From NCBI RefSeq assembly GCF_000143415.4, contig NW_003314340.1, positions 738,161-802,160 of the forward strand: a DNA stretch of 64,000 bases, written 5' to 3'. This stretch comes from Selaginella moellendorffii (taxonomy: Eukaryota; Plantae; Lycopodiophyta). Below, piece by piece: positions 36,301 to 49,536 of this stretch. How positions within the stretch are numbered: the first letter of the stretch is position 1; the number at the start of each line of letters is the position of its first letter. The notes beneath the pieces were generated by a model, which saw nothing but the letters and a program-made list of their open reading frames with translations, made no database searches and was not told where the DNA came from. Position numbers and translations under genes: made by a program.

Positions 36301-37810
36301 CTGGGGGCAGCCCCGCCGGTAGCTCCTCCGGCATGGTATCCTGGAATTGGTCCAACACCCGCTGGATCACTAAAGGCACTTCTTCCGTTCTTGTCTTTTT
36401 GTCACTCTTCACCGAGAGTAAGCACAAAAAGGCTGCCTTAGTTCCTTTAGTGAGTTGTCCTCTCGTGGACACCAGGTTTAAGCAGGATTCTTTGGCCTTG
36501 CTTTGCCCTACCTTTAGATCCTGGGCTTCCACCCTAGATCTTCTTCCTTGGGCATTCGCCAGTACCACAAGGTTCCTACCTTGTCCATGTAGGGCTACCA
36601 CGAACCGATTGAACCAATCCATTCCGAAGATCACGTCAAATCCCGCCATGTCCAACACGGTGAAATCCATGTCTACCTTCCATGTCCCTACTTCGACTTT
36701 CGCTTGTCGAAGTACCTCATCGGTGCTTTGGCTACCTTGAACAAACTCTATAGTCCTTGGTTCGCCTAGCCGCTGCACCGTTAGTCCGGCTTGCCGGACT
36801 ATGTCTGCAGCCACAAAATTATCCGAAGCACCCGTGTCAATAAGGATCTTAACAAAGCTACCTCCGAGCTTCCCTCGGAGGGCTAGTAGATGTCGCGAAC
36901 GACTCTCTACCAAAGTTGCTCGTGTAATGAGTAACTTTGAGTTAGGGACTGGATCACATACCTCATTTTGGACTTCGCCCGACTTGATGGCCATATTGGC
37001 TCTGGCCTTCTTCGGGTAGGGACATTCCCTCGAAAAGTGTCCCGCTTCACCGCAGTTATAGCATACGTTGTTTCCCACGCTGCTATATGACTTGACCTTC
37101 TTATCCGTGGGTTTGTCTCTTTTCGCTTGACTCCCCCACGTACTTGCTCGCTGGCCACCGGATTTGCCTTTCCGAAATCCCGAGGACTCATTCTTAGAGA
37201 AACTCTTCTTGAATTTCCCCCTGCTATATGTTCCCCTCGGTTTGGCCCCTTTGTGAAACGTGGATCCCGACCCCGTCGTGTTCCCCTTTCGCAGGTTATC
37301 GTTGAAATGCACCTTGATGGCCGCATCCAACGCTTCCTTGTAGTTGGTCGGGTTCCAGCGCATCACCTCACCGCGAGCCCAGGTTTGCAAACCTGATATA
37401 AACGCATGGAACGCATCCATATCCCCCATGTCCGTGACAAGTATCCTCTTTGCCATGAACCCATTCACATATTCCTGGATGGTTCCAGTCTGCTTCAGCC
37501 TACTCAGCTCATCTCTCAGATGCAGAGTGGCATTCGGAGGAACGTATGTCGCGCGGATCCTCGCCTTCATCATGTCCCAGGTGGCCACCGGTCCTTCGTT
37601 GGCCTCCGTTGTTCTCCACCAAGACTTGGCATTATCTGCCAAGTATGGTTTTGCACATGGGACCTTCTCCGAGCTCGGTAACCGTAACGCTCGGAAGTAG
37701 TCCTCCATATCGTAAAACCAATCCTCCACAACCTTATAGTCGTTCACTCCCTTGAACACCGGTGGGGGCTTTGGTTTGTACTTGGGAACTGCCTGAGGGA
37801 CTGATTCCAC
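33389..37810 (-). CDS. Gag-Pol polyprotein (Gag, CCHC knuckle, protease, RT, RNase H, integrase, chromodomain) with one in-frame TAA at 34607-34609 and two short introns in the integrase
   Basis: [45 protein letters not shown] (H..PLAGH..CPTC), [26 protein letters not shown] and [22 protein letters not shown]; introns at 34241-34287 and 33771-33822. Confidence 0.92.
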
Positions 37811-37933
37811 TTCGGTCTGTTCGACCTTGTCTGGTTTTGCCTCAGTCCCTGCCGAAGGGTCCGCACCTTCTGCGCTGCCAGCAATCCGCCTCTATCCTTC
37901 GCTAGAACTGAGGAGAAGGCTCCGATACCAAAT

Positions 37934-39083
37934 TGTAAGCCACAAATTTTTCCTTTCCACTTTGCCAGCTTACCTCGCCTATCCGTCCAACACTGCCTTG
38001 GCTTTTGCTAAGTTCCCTCGCCAAGGTTCTCGCCTATGGTACCAGCTCCTACTTGGTTTCAGCTACTCACTGCACGAGCAATGGAGTGTTAGCCATCCTT
38101 CCATGGATTCCCAAATCACTCCCAATCCCCCTCCCCGGGTTAGACTGGACTTAAGGTTCGGCTACACTCCCCGCAAGCACAAGCAGCCAATCACACCAAG
38201 CTTCCAGGTTCCTAACATCCCTTGGCACCACAAGACTTGATCATGGGACCCTCTAAATCCCAAGTCTTGAGTGCAACACTTGCTTCGGGACGCCGGGGCG
38301 AAACACCGTGGCCTAGCGGCCCGGTATGGGTACCTCTCGCCCCCCACTTCCATCCCGAAGGAAGGCCCAAGCCCTTAGGAAGGGCGAGGACCAATGAGCC
38401 GCATGGTACTCAAGTGGGGCACCACTCCACATGAGCCGGGAGCACCGCAATCGGTTTCCCTTTCGGGAGTGGGAGCTGCTCTTGAGCACTTCCTTGGATG
38501 GCCCCTCCGGCACCAGCCAAGTCCATGCTCACTCCCACCCAAGGCCCCTCGGTCCCAGTCCCAACCTCAAGTCGGTTTGGAAGCCCAACTGGAGAGTCCC
38601 TTCAAAACTGGTTCCTGGACCTCACTATCCCTACTATACTTTTGGAACCCCCTGCAGCCCCCCCGCCCCCTGGGAGACGCACGCTTTGGGCTTTCACCCC
38701 TTGACCCGTATTAGTATTTGGACTTAGTCTCTGGCTCGATCTCGGACCCGATTTCGGATCCGACTTCGGATTCGGGTTCGGACTCGATCACGGACTCGAT
38801 CTCGGACCCGATCTCGGACCCGACCTCGGACTCGACCTCGGACTCGGTCTCGGACCCGATTTCGGATCTCGGACTCCGTCTCGAACTCGGTCTCGAACTC
38901 GGACTCGAACTCGGTCCCCGAGTCGGTCTCGGACTCGATTCCGGACTCTATCTCGAACTCGGTCCTAGAGTCGGTCTTGGACTCGATCCTCGACTTGGTC
39001 CCATCCGATGAACTCTTTGTCACTTCGGTCAAGCTTTTGGGGATCCTTTAGCCTACGACATCTCGGGGAGTCGGTTCCTTACA
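37934..39083 (-). repeat. 5' LTR (1150 bp)
   Basis: Direct repeat of 31810-32985; adjacent to the PBS. Confidence 0.95.
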
Positions 39084-42000
39084 TGCTTCTCGAACTCCAT
39101 CTTGGAGTCCTTCTCAAACTCTTTTTTAAACTCTATTTCAGACTCCTTTTTGGACTCATTCTTGACACTTCTTATGTATCAATCCTTTTTATATCCCTTT
39201 TTAAAGATTTATTCATCAATTACTTTGTGCTCATCCCTCAAGCACTTCATTTGGAGTTCTACTCCTACTCTCGACTTTCCAAGTTGGAGCTTTTGGTCTA
39301 AACATGTTATGCTTGTTGAATTTCTACTTCGACCATTATCACGTGGAACCTTTTCAATTCCACTTTGGGGCTTAAGGATTTGTGTTTCACACATTGTTGT
39401 GCTTTTTGAGATCTATAAATGCTCGCTCACAATCCATGTACCAAATGAAAGATAATGTTGACAATTTGACTCCTTCAATTTTAGTGTACCCTAATTCCAT
39501 TTAACCTTTAATTTTGCATATGGATGCTTGTGATATTGGTCTTGGAGGTGTGTTGATGCAAAAAATCTTAAGTGTGTTTAGTCAGCACTATCCCATTGCA
39601 TATATTAGTCATACATTATAACTAGTAAAGGTGGAGGTGAACTATTCCACAACAGAGAATGAGTGTTTAGTAGTAGTTTGGGGTTTTGAGAAACTTTATG
39701 CATGAAGGTGATCATGTTGCAATTACTTTGTTATTGAAATAAAAGTACTTAGTTGGTCATATTGCTTAGTGGGATTTGAAGCTTTAAATATATAATTTTG
39801 ATGTTATTCATTGCCTAGGGAGTTTTATGGCTAATGTTAATGCCCTTTCTCAAACTCTTCTTCCTTCTTTACCTCTTTTTATGTTTCTAACAAACTTGTT
39901 ATTCCAACATTTGTGGTGTTTTTGGACAAGAATTCCATACCATCAATACTTGTTGTACTTGATGTTTAATATCCACAAGGTGTGGAGCAAGATTCACATT
40001 CTTTTGATGAGGTTCATAAGGCTCAAAAGGTTGAGTTGTGAATCGCAAAGCTTTAGGATTAAAAATCTTGCATCACTTGTTAATAATTTACCATTTTAGC
40101 ATTTACATTCTCAATATTGCCTTAAGAATGACGTTATTTATTTTGTGGGGATAGATTTTGATGATCATTTATGACTAATGATGCCTTTGATCTTTATTCC
40201 ATGTTTTCTCTACACCTACTATTATTTTTCTATTTTAGGCGAGTATATATGTGACTAAGAAATTTCATAGATCTTTGTATTGGACTTTAGTATGTCTGTA
40301 GCTGCATTTGTTGCCAAATTCGTAATACTCCTTCTCATGCTGCAAAAGGAGAATTAGAGTTAATTACAGTTTCTCATATATTTGAGCTGGTGATATTTAA
40401 TCTGATAAAGGGATTTTTTAGGGTGGATTGTTAGCAATGAGTATATTATTATTGCTTTTGACTATTTGACTCACTAGATAGAAGTCTGTGCTTTTGCTAG
40501 TGCATCTACAACTGTTGTTGGATACTTCCTTCTTAATTTAGTGGTGTTTCAATACTTTTGTCTAGAGTGAATTCTTTTGGATAATGATCCCGCATTTATG
40601 GCTGAAGTATTTCATGTTTTAACGTCTTAGTTGGGGATACATCACACTTTCATGAGTGCTTATCATCCATAGTCATATGACTTGATGGGACAGCTTGTTT
40701 GGACCTTCAAAGGGATGATTGTAAAATACATGAACTTTCAGTATTTGGATTGAGATGGTTATTTACCGTCTCTTTAGTATGCATATATCACAGAGGTGTA
40801 GAGTTCTATTATTGCTTTACCATATAAACTTTTATGTAATCATGATCTAATATTACCAACGGAGTTGAGTTTACCTTCACGATTGCCATGAGCTACTGAC
40901 GTTAAATCTTAGGATTAGTATTTAACAAACATTCTTCCACTGGTCTGGATAGAGTTTACTAAACACTTCAGCCACATACAAGTGGGACAACAGTGACAGT
41001 ATAACTCCCATCATTGTCCATTTGTGGAGTATAAAGTGGATGTTGAGCAAAAAACCCTTTAAATAAACCACATACTGTAAGATTGGGAAAACAGACTAAT
41101 ATTAACTTGTTTGATTGAGGTGCATCAATGAAGCTGTGGCGGCATCATCTGTGGCTGAAATATGTGAAATAGAAGAAATTGTATCATGTGTTGGGGCAAA
41201 TTGGACTGCAAGTTTATAAGGTTTAGCATAATATTTAATAAATAAAAATTGTGCATATATAATGGTTAAAATACTTTATACAAAGGGATAAAGAACAATT
41301 AACACCATTTATAGATCCACTAATGCTTCTTCCTAATGTTCCTTTAGATCCTGGCCCATCCATTAGAGAGCCCTAATTGTCTTTTATCATTGGGGATGAT
41401 ATGTGGTCCAAGTGTATGGTTACAATGCCATATACTAATACTAGAATAATGGGATTTTGAGAACTATTAAATTGATTTCAATTTAGACTATTCACTTTTA
41501 TATATAAGTTTTTGGGCTAATTGATATACATTTTTGTATTCCATTTCCATATTCCATGCACTCATAATTTGTATATAGTATTATAATATGTGTATATAAT
41601 TATTATTTATTTAAAAATAAGTCTTCATAGTTTTATGTTTTTACTCCTTACAAAAATGGTAAGGTAGATATCATATTTGACACTTGTATAATTATTTAAT
41701 TAGTAATTTTTTCTCTTTTTATCTATTTGATAAAATTGTCATGCTGCTTTTATTGTTATTCTTGTTACCTCTTTAGCTTCATCCTAATTAATTTTAATAT
41801 ATATATTCAATTGGTCTGTATAATATATACTTTTTAGTGTTTGTGCTCTTGATAATGTTATATATGCTTGTCTTGGATTTTTTGTTTTATATGGGTTATA
41901 TCCTAATTTTTTCTTATTGATCCTATTTATTGTTCTTCTTACATATGTGGTTGTAGTGGAAATTGTGTTTTACTTATAACATGATTTTGATTTTACTTGT

Positions 42001-43339
42001 TTTTAATATTCTTGTTATTTTTCTTACTGTATCCATGTTTTTTTTATTATTTTGATGTACTATTATATGTCTGGTGTATGGAGACATCATTTTTGGGTCA
42101 ACATATTTTTATTGTGTAAATTGGTGCTTTTGCTTCAAATATAGGATTTATTTGATAAAAACATGCTAATCCATCCCACCAATGTCTACTGCAAATGTTG
42201 GTTTGAAGCTTTCCCATGTTCTCTTTATATCCTATACCATATTTCTAAGCATTTTATTGTTGAAAATCATGTTTGGTATTTTTCTAACATGTTATTTGTT
42301 AATATTATTTGATATTGTTTTGATGTTTCTGGTCAAAATGCAAAAGCTGAATAGATTTTTGATCCATTTATATTATAAACTACTTTTCTTGTATATTAAT
42401 ATTGTTTCATTATTTATATTTTGGTTTATTTTATAATATCATTTGAGTGTCACAAATCTGTTTCTATAGTGTATTTATAAGTATTTATTTTTGAATTGCA
42501 CAGTTTAATTTTTCTTTTAACTAGGAGAGAGGAAACACATATTGGTTTGCCAAAGCTTCTCTAATGCAGCTGCACTGAGGTGTAGGACCACTTAATATCC
42601 ATCTATACAGAACCAAATTGTGTCATCTAAACAAAACAATTTGGCCACTAAATGCAAAGCAAGACTCCTTGGCTGACACAAAGTTCCCATTCTGAGCTCT
42701 CCTGTAACACTGGTTTTCTGCCCTAATTTGCCCAACCACTATTTGGTATTGAATGGTGTTTTTGGGTTGTAATTGGGAGCAAGCAATTTGCACACAGATA
42801 GTGAGGTATCGGTTCTAGGCACAATCAAGAGAAAATTGAGTTATTGTTTTTGCCATAGCATGCACAAAGTCAGGGAAGGCTCAAACCCATATTTAATGTT
42901 AATTTGGCATTGGCTGCTGCCACTTTTTTATCATTTCAAGTGTGTTGTGAGTGAATACATTATTTATAGATCTCCAAGAGGTTGAATTTTCTTGCAGTGA
43001 TCTCCATATTTCTGTGGAAGAGAGCTTTATAAATCTCAATCATATTATCTCATGGCCAATTTTAGAGAGACCTCAAGCTTGAACAGCTTATTTGATGAAA
43101 TTGCATGATCTAGTTGATAACATATTGTCCAATAATCTTCCAAAAGTATAAATGACAATGAGGACACAGATTAATAATGTTAACATGGTATATGTTCTTT
43201 TGAAAAAGGGATTTCTAAAAAGGTTTTAGCATCCAAATCTAGACTTAGATCAATGTGCAAAATGAGCGAATTACGTGTTTAAGGAATTCTTATAAGTGAT
43301 TAATAATGTATATCTTTAAATATTTAAGTATTTTTAATG

Positions 43340-44060
43340 TATATTCTAAATATACACTGATGTGCCAGATTGAAAAGAACCCTTGGATTGCAGAGCAGGT
43401 GAGGTATCACTTGATTGACTAGGACTTTTACATAGGGAGATTTGCAAGCCTCCACAACAAGCAGATAAATATCGGAATGGATCTGTAGGCAAGAAGCTTC
43501 TCCACTGTGCACATGGATTTCGACATGAAATCCGTTTTGGCCGCACGAACGCTTCCTGCTGAGGAAATGTGCAACGAGGTTGGGGAAGATTCGTTAGAGG
43601 ATATGACAAGGCTCTTATAGTCCAGAAGAAGTTGCAATGTTCTATGGTTGATGCACTATGTTGCGGAGTATAGCTATCGGTTGATTGACCAAGACTGTTA
43701 AGTAGGGAGCTTTACTTTAGAAAGCTGGAGGAGCAGCAAGAGGATCCTGCAATGATTGATTGGGCAAACAATTGCATTGGCAAAGCGATCATCGGGTACA
43801 ACCGTTGCAGAATGATTGTAAGGATGCTCGAGCATCAGCCCCATAGTATGTGGCCTCGATTATCTCCACGTTTATGCATTTCAAAGGACTCCTGATACAG
43901 GTAAAGACTCGCTTCGCTTATTTAATTTAGACGGGTGTGACTAAGTTGCTTCCATGGATGTTCAGGCACAATCGGTGTCACACTGGAATGGCAATACTAA
44001 GTATCGTGTTGCTGTGGCAATGGTCTAGGCCTCTAGATTATAAAGTTCTAGAGGAAAACA
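43340..44060 (+). pseudogene. Possible decayed receptor-like kinase fragments
   Basis: Broken-frame remnants resembling kinase subdomains (HYVAEYSYRLIDQ, MIDWANNCI, WNGNTKYRVAVA) with multiple stops. Confidence 0.3.
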
Positions 44061-44315
44061 TCTCTTAATCTCATATAAATGTGGTGTGGACTTGTGGAAC
44101 ACATTCTCACCATAAACAAAGTTTCTTTTCACAAGCATCTGATTTACCAGCGGTGGAAAAACTATATGCCATTCTTCCAAGTGTCTTAGAAGAATACTTC
44201 CCCCTAGGTTCCGCAGATCTTGATTCCATGACTGGTTAAGATCACTTCCACTTTCTGATGCAGGCAGTGACGGAAAAAAAAGAGCAAGAAGTTGGTGTCG
44301 TCAAGAAATGAGGGA

Positions 44316-46608
44316 TCAATTCTTCAACACGCGCGTCAAAACCATTGGTGTTGAATCGCTATAGTCAGATGTATATCCCTTTATATTCTGGGGAAGTTTG
44401 ATTGTGTACCTGTACAAGGCTTCACTATACAGTGGAACTTTCTCAGCGAGGCCTGATTCCTCTAGGTCCTCGTTTCGAGCCTCTTTTACCGGGTGGTAGG
44501 AAACCATAGTCGACTGCTAACTGGTCCTCCTCCTCTAGCGTGAGCTTCCTACCAGTCGAGTGGGATTGTTTCCCCATGTAATTCACCCAGTTCTCGGCCA
44601 TCGCATCTTTGTCGGGAATGTAGCCTGCTTAAGAAAACTCGCAACTTTTTCTATCTCGAGAAACTTAAACAGCGTACCTATCTTTGATACCCAGTTGTTT
44701 TCTTCCTGGAACAAGGAGCTGCCAAGCTTGATAGAGGATTTGCTGGCCATCACCAGACTGGAAACATCCGACCGCTCGTGCTCCTCCTTGTCATACAGTC
44801 GCTTCTCGATGACAACTCTAAAGTTTTCATCTCTTGTTCGCATCTGCAATCGACAAGGCTTCATGTTACACTTTGGAGGCAGAAAGAAAATTTAATTGGT
44901 TCTCTACCTCAACGACGGGTTGCTTTCCCTGTAGAAGATTGTCTACGCTCTTGTCCGACTGAGAAAAGCGAAAAACAGATGGATCCAGAGATCGAAAAAC
45001 ATATTGTTTGTACCTGGTGTGCTATCCAGTGGCTCCGCTCTCTCATCTCAATGAGTATTGAAAATGTCGGTGGAGCTTTCCTTTCGAGCACGGTTTTCTG
45101 CGTACCTCTTGCTCGTGCTTCGTCATCACCTAAAGTCACTGTTTGGATGCCACCAACCTGAAAGAAAAAAAGAAGAAAAAAAGCTCGTAAGGACGAACAA
45201 GAGCATCACGCAGAAGAAAAACTATAAATGCGATTTGATGTACCAAGTCAGAAAGCGTGGGATTCTTGATGATGTTCTCCAGTGTCTGCCCATGCGCAGT
45301 AGCAACCAGCATCACTCCTCTTTCGGCAATTGTCCGGCAGGCAAGAGCCTCTGCTTCCGTCCCAATCTCGTCCACGATCACAACTTGTGGCATATGGTTC
45401 TCTACGGCTTCCACCATAACTCTGTGCTGCATTGACGGATCTGGCACCTGCATTCTTCGTGCACCACCGATGGCCGGGTGTGGCACGTCTCCGTCACCAC
45501 CAATCTCATTGCTGGTGTCCACCACCACCTGATAGCATCCATCATAGCATTAGACCATTGTCACGGACTCTCCTGGCCTCTCTGAAATGGAAAAGCGCAA
45601 AAAAGAGGAAGAAAAGAAAGATGTCCTGGGTGTGTAAGCACCACTCTCTTGCGTAGATCATCAGCAAGGACCCGCGCAATCTCTCGGATAACAGTTGTTT
45701 TTCCAACACCGGGTCTGCAGAAACAAGTTTTGAGCGAGAGGCGAAGTTTCACGAGAGTTCTGACCTGCCAAGGAATAGAATGCTTTTTCCACAGTCGAGG
45801 AGGTCGCGAACCATGTCAACATGTCCAGTCACAGCTCTCCCAACACGGCACGTCAAGCCGATGATCACGCCTTTACGGTTGCGAATGGCTGATATTCTGT
45901 GGAGTGTTCCCTCGATTCCTGCTCGATTATCACTTCCAAACTCCCCCACTGCAGCCTCGGCTGCTTGGAGATCATCCCTCGTTATCTGCAATGCAAAAAA
46001 TGAAAAAAGAAGTATAGCAGAGTAGCTTAAGTCAAATGGATGGAAGCGAGTGGTTTACCTCATTGTCTCGTAAGTATTCTCCACCTCTGTGTTTTAGAAA
46101 ACGAGCCTCGGGACGACGTCCAAGATCCAAGACCACCTGTGATGTGATATACCATCGCTAGAAATTCTTAGCTACTATACCAACACACACAAACCTCCAA
46201 GAGATCCCCGCGCTTGGGATGCTTCAAGAGATTTTGACGAATGCCTTCGGGAAGGATCTGCAAACAAAGAAGAAGATATGAAGCATCTTTCATGGAAGCG
46301 TGGAATTCTTCTACCTCCAAAAGAACATCCAAATCGTCCTGGACGATGATCGCGCCATCCTCCATAACTCTTTGCTCCAATGGACCAGCTTCCAACTCAT
46401 CATCCTGCGAAGCCAGCGACTTCACAGCACGGAGAACTCTCCGCCGCCCTCGAAAGCTCCTCGGGAGAGACGTGACTTTGCACGAATCCAAAACTTTGGA
46501 TCCATTCCTCGCGAAAGCCGACCTCTCCGACGGAACGAATGAGCGCCGGAGCCCAGCGGAGGGGCAGCAAACGCCGTAATGCATTCTCGCAAGAACTCCA
46601 CCCGCCAC
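44316..46608 (-). CDS. ycf45/SpoIIIAA-like P-loop AAA+ ATPase with predicted plastid transit peptide (multi-exon)
   Basis: [30 protein letters not shown], Walker A (GRPGVGKTT, split by an intron), [12 protein letters not shown], Walker B VIVDEIG, ATAHG. Confidence 0.9.
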
Positions 46609-47102
46609 TCCCTAGCTAAAAATCTGCAAGGATGGATGGATGGAGCATCCACCAGGAAATCTCTCCTAATCCCAATGCGGGCATCAAATACCTCGATTTG
46701 GAGGCGCTGGATCGATAGATCACTGTTCTATCACGAAATCGCAACCTCGCCCTTGCGCGAGGGCTCCTTCCCACGAAGATGAACTCCCGGACCTAAAGAA
46801 AGTCACAAACGTTGTCTCTTTCTACACGAATGCCCGGGAATATCCCACCACGGCATATCTCCAGAGATTCCATTCTCTTGTGTTATGTTAATGTTGGCCT
46901 GCAACCACGCGAGTAAATTCAACGATGGAGCTGGAGTGCAAATTCAACTTGGATCACATCACCACCAAGAAATTTACAACGCCCACCCGGGATAGAATTA
47001 AATTACCTCTCGCTCCATGCACACAATGCACCACTGGAGCTTTTGATGGAATAAGAAAGGGAAAAATGCGAGCTAGATTTTGATTCTAGCAGCAGCAGTG
47101 GC

Positions 47103-48314
47103 ATGGGACTCGAATCGAGTGAATTTGGGTTTCTTTTGATTGTTCTGGCGATTGTTCTAGCTTCTTCACAGTCGGAAGAAGGTATGGATGATCCTGGAGA
47201 AGAAAAAATTTCCATGCCAAGTAGTTTAGTTCTTCCTCTTCAATCATCTTTCTTTCTTTATATTATTCTATCTTATTTAGTTCTTATTCTCAATTATTTC
47301 TACATTTTTTGTGTGTGGCAGGCTTTGGCTACCAAGACAATTCCCTGGGACCAGGGCAGTGGGGATGCCTCGCCACAAACTTTTCGACGTGTAGAACAGG
47401 GACCCAGCAGTCGCCCATTAACATAAAAACGCGAGATGCTATCGATGATTGCTCGCTTGGAAAGCTGAGATTCCATTTCTCCCACTCCGCAGGAACACTC
47501 ACCTCTCAGAAGTACCTCTACAGAGTAAAAACTCCTCTAAATTCTGATTGCTCGAGTCAACACTTTGATCTTGTTCTATTTTATTGATCTTGCAATTATT
47601 CGTGTAGATTGGGCTGGATGGTGATGCCGAGAACACTGTGATCATTGATGGCATGGAGTTTAGGCTGGTGCAATTCCACTTCCATCACCCAAGCGAGCAT
47701 TTCATTGATGGAAAAAAGTAAGCACAAAACTAGTCTGTTCCTCTTGGATTGAGAAATATCCTGGCAGGTTTGAGCTTGAAGCACACCTTGTTTATCGTGC
47801 CATAAACAACTCCTCGAGGATGGCTGTTGTTGCCCAGATGTATAAAAAAGGAGAAGAAAACAGTCTGCTTGCACAAGTAAGTGTCCATTGATCATGCATT
47901 TAGACATAATATTTATATGTATAGTACTTATATTTGAAAACAGGTTCTTGACATGAAGAACAATGTCCGAACTTTGCTAGACTTGAGGGAGTTCAATCTG
48001 GGACAAGAATATTTCAGATACATTGGGTCTCTTACAACACCTCCATGCACCCAAGGAGTAACCTGGACCATTTTGATCAAAGTATTAGTATACTTCACAC
48101 TTTTTTTCTTCTAAAGTTTCTATTATTTGGTTCAGAACAAGACTGCATCCAAGCAACAGATCAAAGATCTGAAACAGTGCCTTGGGGTAAGCTACTTTAT
48201 TTGTTTTACATCATGGTAATTCATGTTATAAATTGCAGGGAAGAAATGCAAGGCCATTGCAGAGAACTAATCGGCGAGAGGTTTACATGTACACTTTTTA
48301 CCAGAACTTCTTAG
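47103..48314 (+). CDS. Alpha-carbonic anhydrase, secreted (multi-exon)
   Basis: Signal peptide; [51 protein letters not shown] and RPLQ motifs across exons. Confidence 0.88.
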
Positions 48315-48425
48315 CGAAATACTAGATTTTTTTAAATATAATTATAATAAAAATATAATTCATTGTTTCTATTATTCTACGATAGTTCTATAGATTCTTG
48401 AGATATTATTGACATGAGTGCAGTC

Positions 48426-49440
48426 TCAGGACTTAGCAAATTCTTTCAAAAACTTGCCGTCTTCGTATTCTTTATATCTTTCTCCATAGACGAAGCGCCG
48501 GTAGCAAACTCTGGAATGGCGACTCTTGTCCAGCAGCGAGCTCGCAGGGCCGATCTGGGCTTTCTCCGATGGCTCAAAGGTGATAGCACACGAGCAGCGT
48601 GGCTTGCACTTGTCCAAGATCACCCTATGAGTAGTAGCTCGGTAGATTCCATTGCTCATCACCTAGAAAAAGTTTAGAAGCTCTTGAAAGAAGCTGCATC
48701 TTAGCTCTAGATAGATTTACCTCCATGATCTCTCCGAAGCTCACGATGAAAGATCCAGGGAGTGGTTTCACTGTATGCCACTTGCCATCTCCTTCAAGGA
48801 GCACTTGCAAAGATGGGACTCCATCGGCAAAGAGGAGAACCAAAGTTCCAATATCTGTATGCTCTGGAATTCCATAAATCTCTTCTCTCTCTTCTTCCTT
48901 CTCGTTGTTTGGATAGCTGAAAGTGCAGAAGGTTTGCTTCAGTTCACCTTGGCACAAAGTGTCTCGCAGATAGAGTGGATCTAGATCCAAGGCCATGGAT
49001 AGCGCAACTATAAGTTTCTCGTAGACTTTGGTGGTGCAAACCCCCAGCTCTTCTACCAAATCCCTGAAACAGTGATAAGAAACGTATAAAACTCTCGGAA
49101 AAGAACTATACTTGTGAGAGTCTGGCCACTTCCGTGGATCTCTCCTCGAGAGCGGCCGCAAGAACAAGTAGAGATGCTCGCGTTTGATCTTTATCCCAAC
49201 GTTGGAAGGAGAAGGATTGAAGCCCTCTTTGCGGTAGCCGGAATCCGCCAAGAACTTGCTCTTGTAGTCGAGATCTTGCGCGAAGAACTCCTTTTGGTGA
49301 TCCAGCACCCTCTGGAGCAGCTCCACCGGGACGCCATGGTTCACTAGGCGAACGAAGCCAAACTTGTCGTGTGCTTTGCGGATCTGCGCCGCCACAATGG
49401 TAGTGGAGCTTGAGAGATCGATAGAAGGGAGCTCCAACAT
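48426..49440 (-). CDS. 2-oxoglutarate/Fe(II)-dependent dioxygenase (DOXC type)
   Basis: LPSIDLS, FGFVRLVNHGVP, HTD (HxD), and SNGIYRATTHRV..RCS motifs. Confidence 0.9.
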
Positions 49441-49536
49441 GGTGTCGATTGATCAATTATACAAAGAGATGGAGAGAAACTTTAAAACTCTTCCTTTTGC
49501 CAGAAGGGTATCTCTTTTGTTGATTAGGACAGCGCT

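Larger units (their letters stand above)
31810..39083 (-). mobile_element. Young, structurally complete Ty3/gypsy chromovirus LTR retrotransposon
   Basis: Near-identical LTRs at 31810-32985 and 37934-39083 (TG..CA); TGCTT TSD; iMet-like PBS TGGTATCGGAGC (37919-37930, minus strand); purine-rich PPT next to 32986; gag-pol with a chromodomain. Confidence 0.96.
28950..39391 (+). mobile_element. Solo LTR (family A), interrupted by two younger insertions
   Basis: Starts TGTAAACG at 28950 and ends TGTTTCACA at 39391; near-TSD CATAG/CATTG. Its ends are homologous to the inverted copy at 29664-31333. Confidence 0.7.
12092..41568 (+). mobile_element. Old, heavily decayed Ty3/gypsy LTR retrotransposon hosting nested insertions
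   Basis: Similar ~140 bp AT-rich LTR-like blocks at ~12092-12239 and ~41430-41568, with a further copy at ~11850-11965. A PBS-like TAGTGGAGATAAGAGGCA follows at 12241. Decayed RT (YEFLVMLFGLNNAP..FIDDVL) at ~28300-28900, RNase H (MDACDIGLGGVLMQ..PIAYIS..NYSTTENECL) at ~39500-39700 and integrase remnants (SAYHP) at ~40400-41000, all on +. Boundaries are approximate. Confidence 0.6.
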
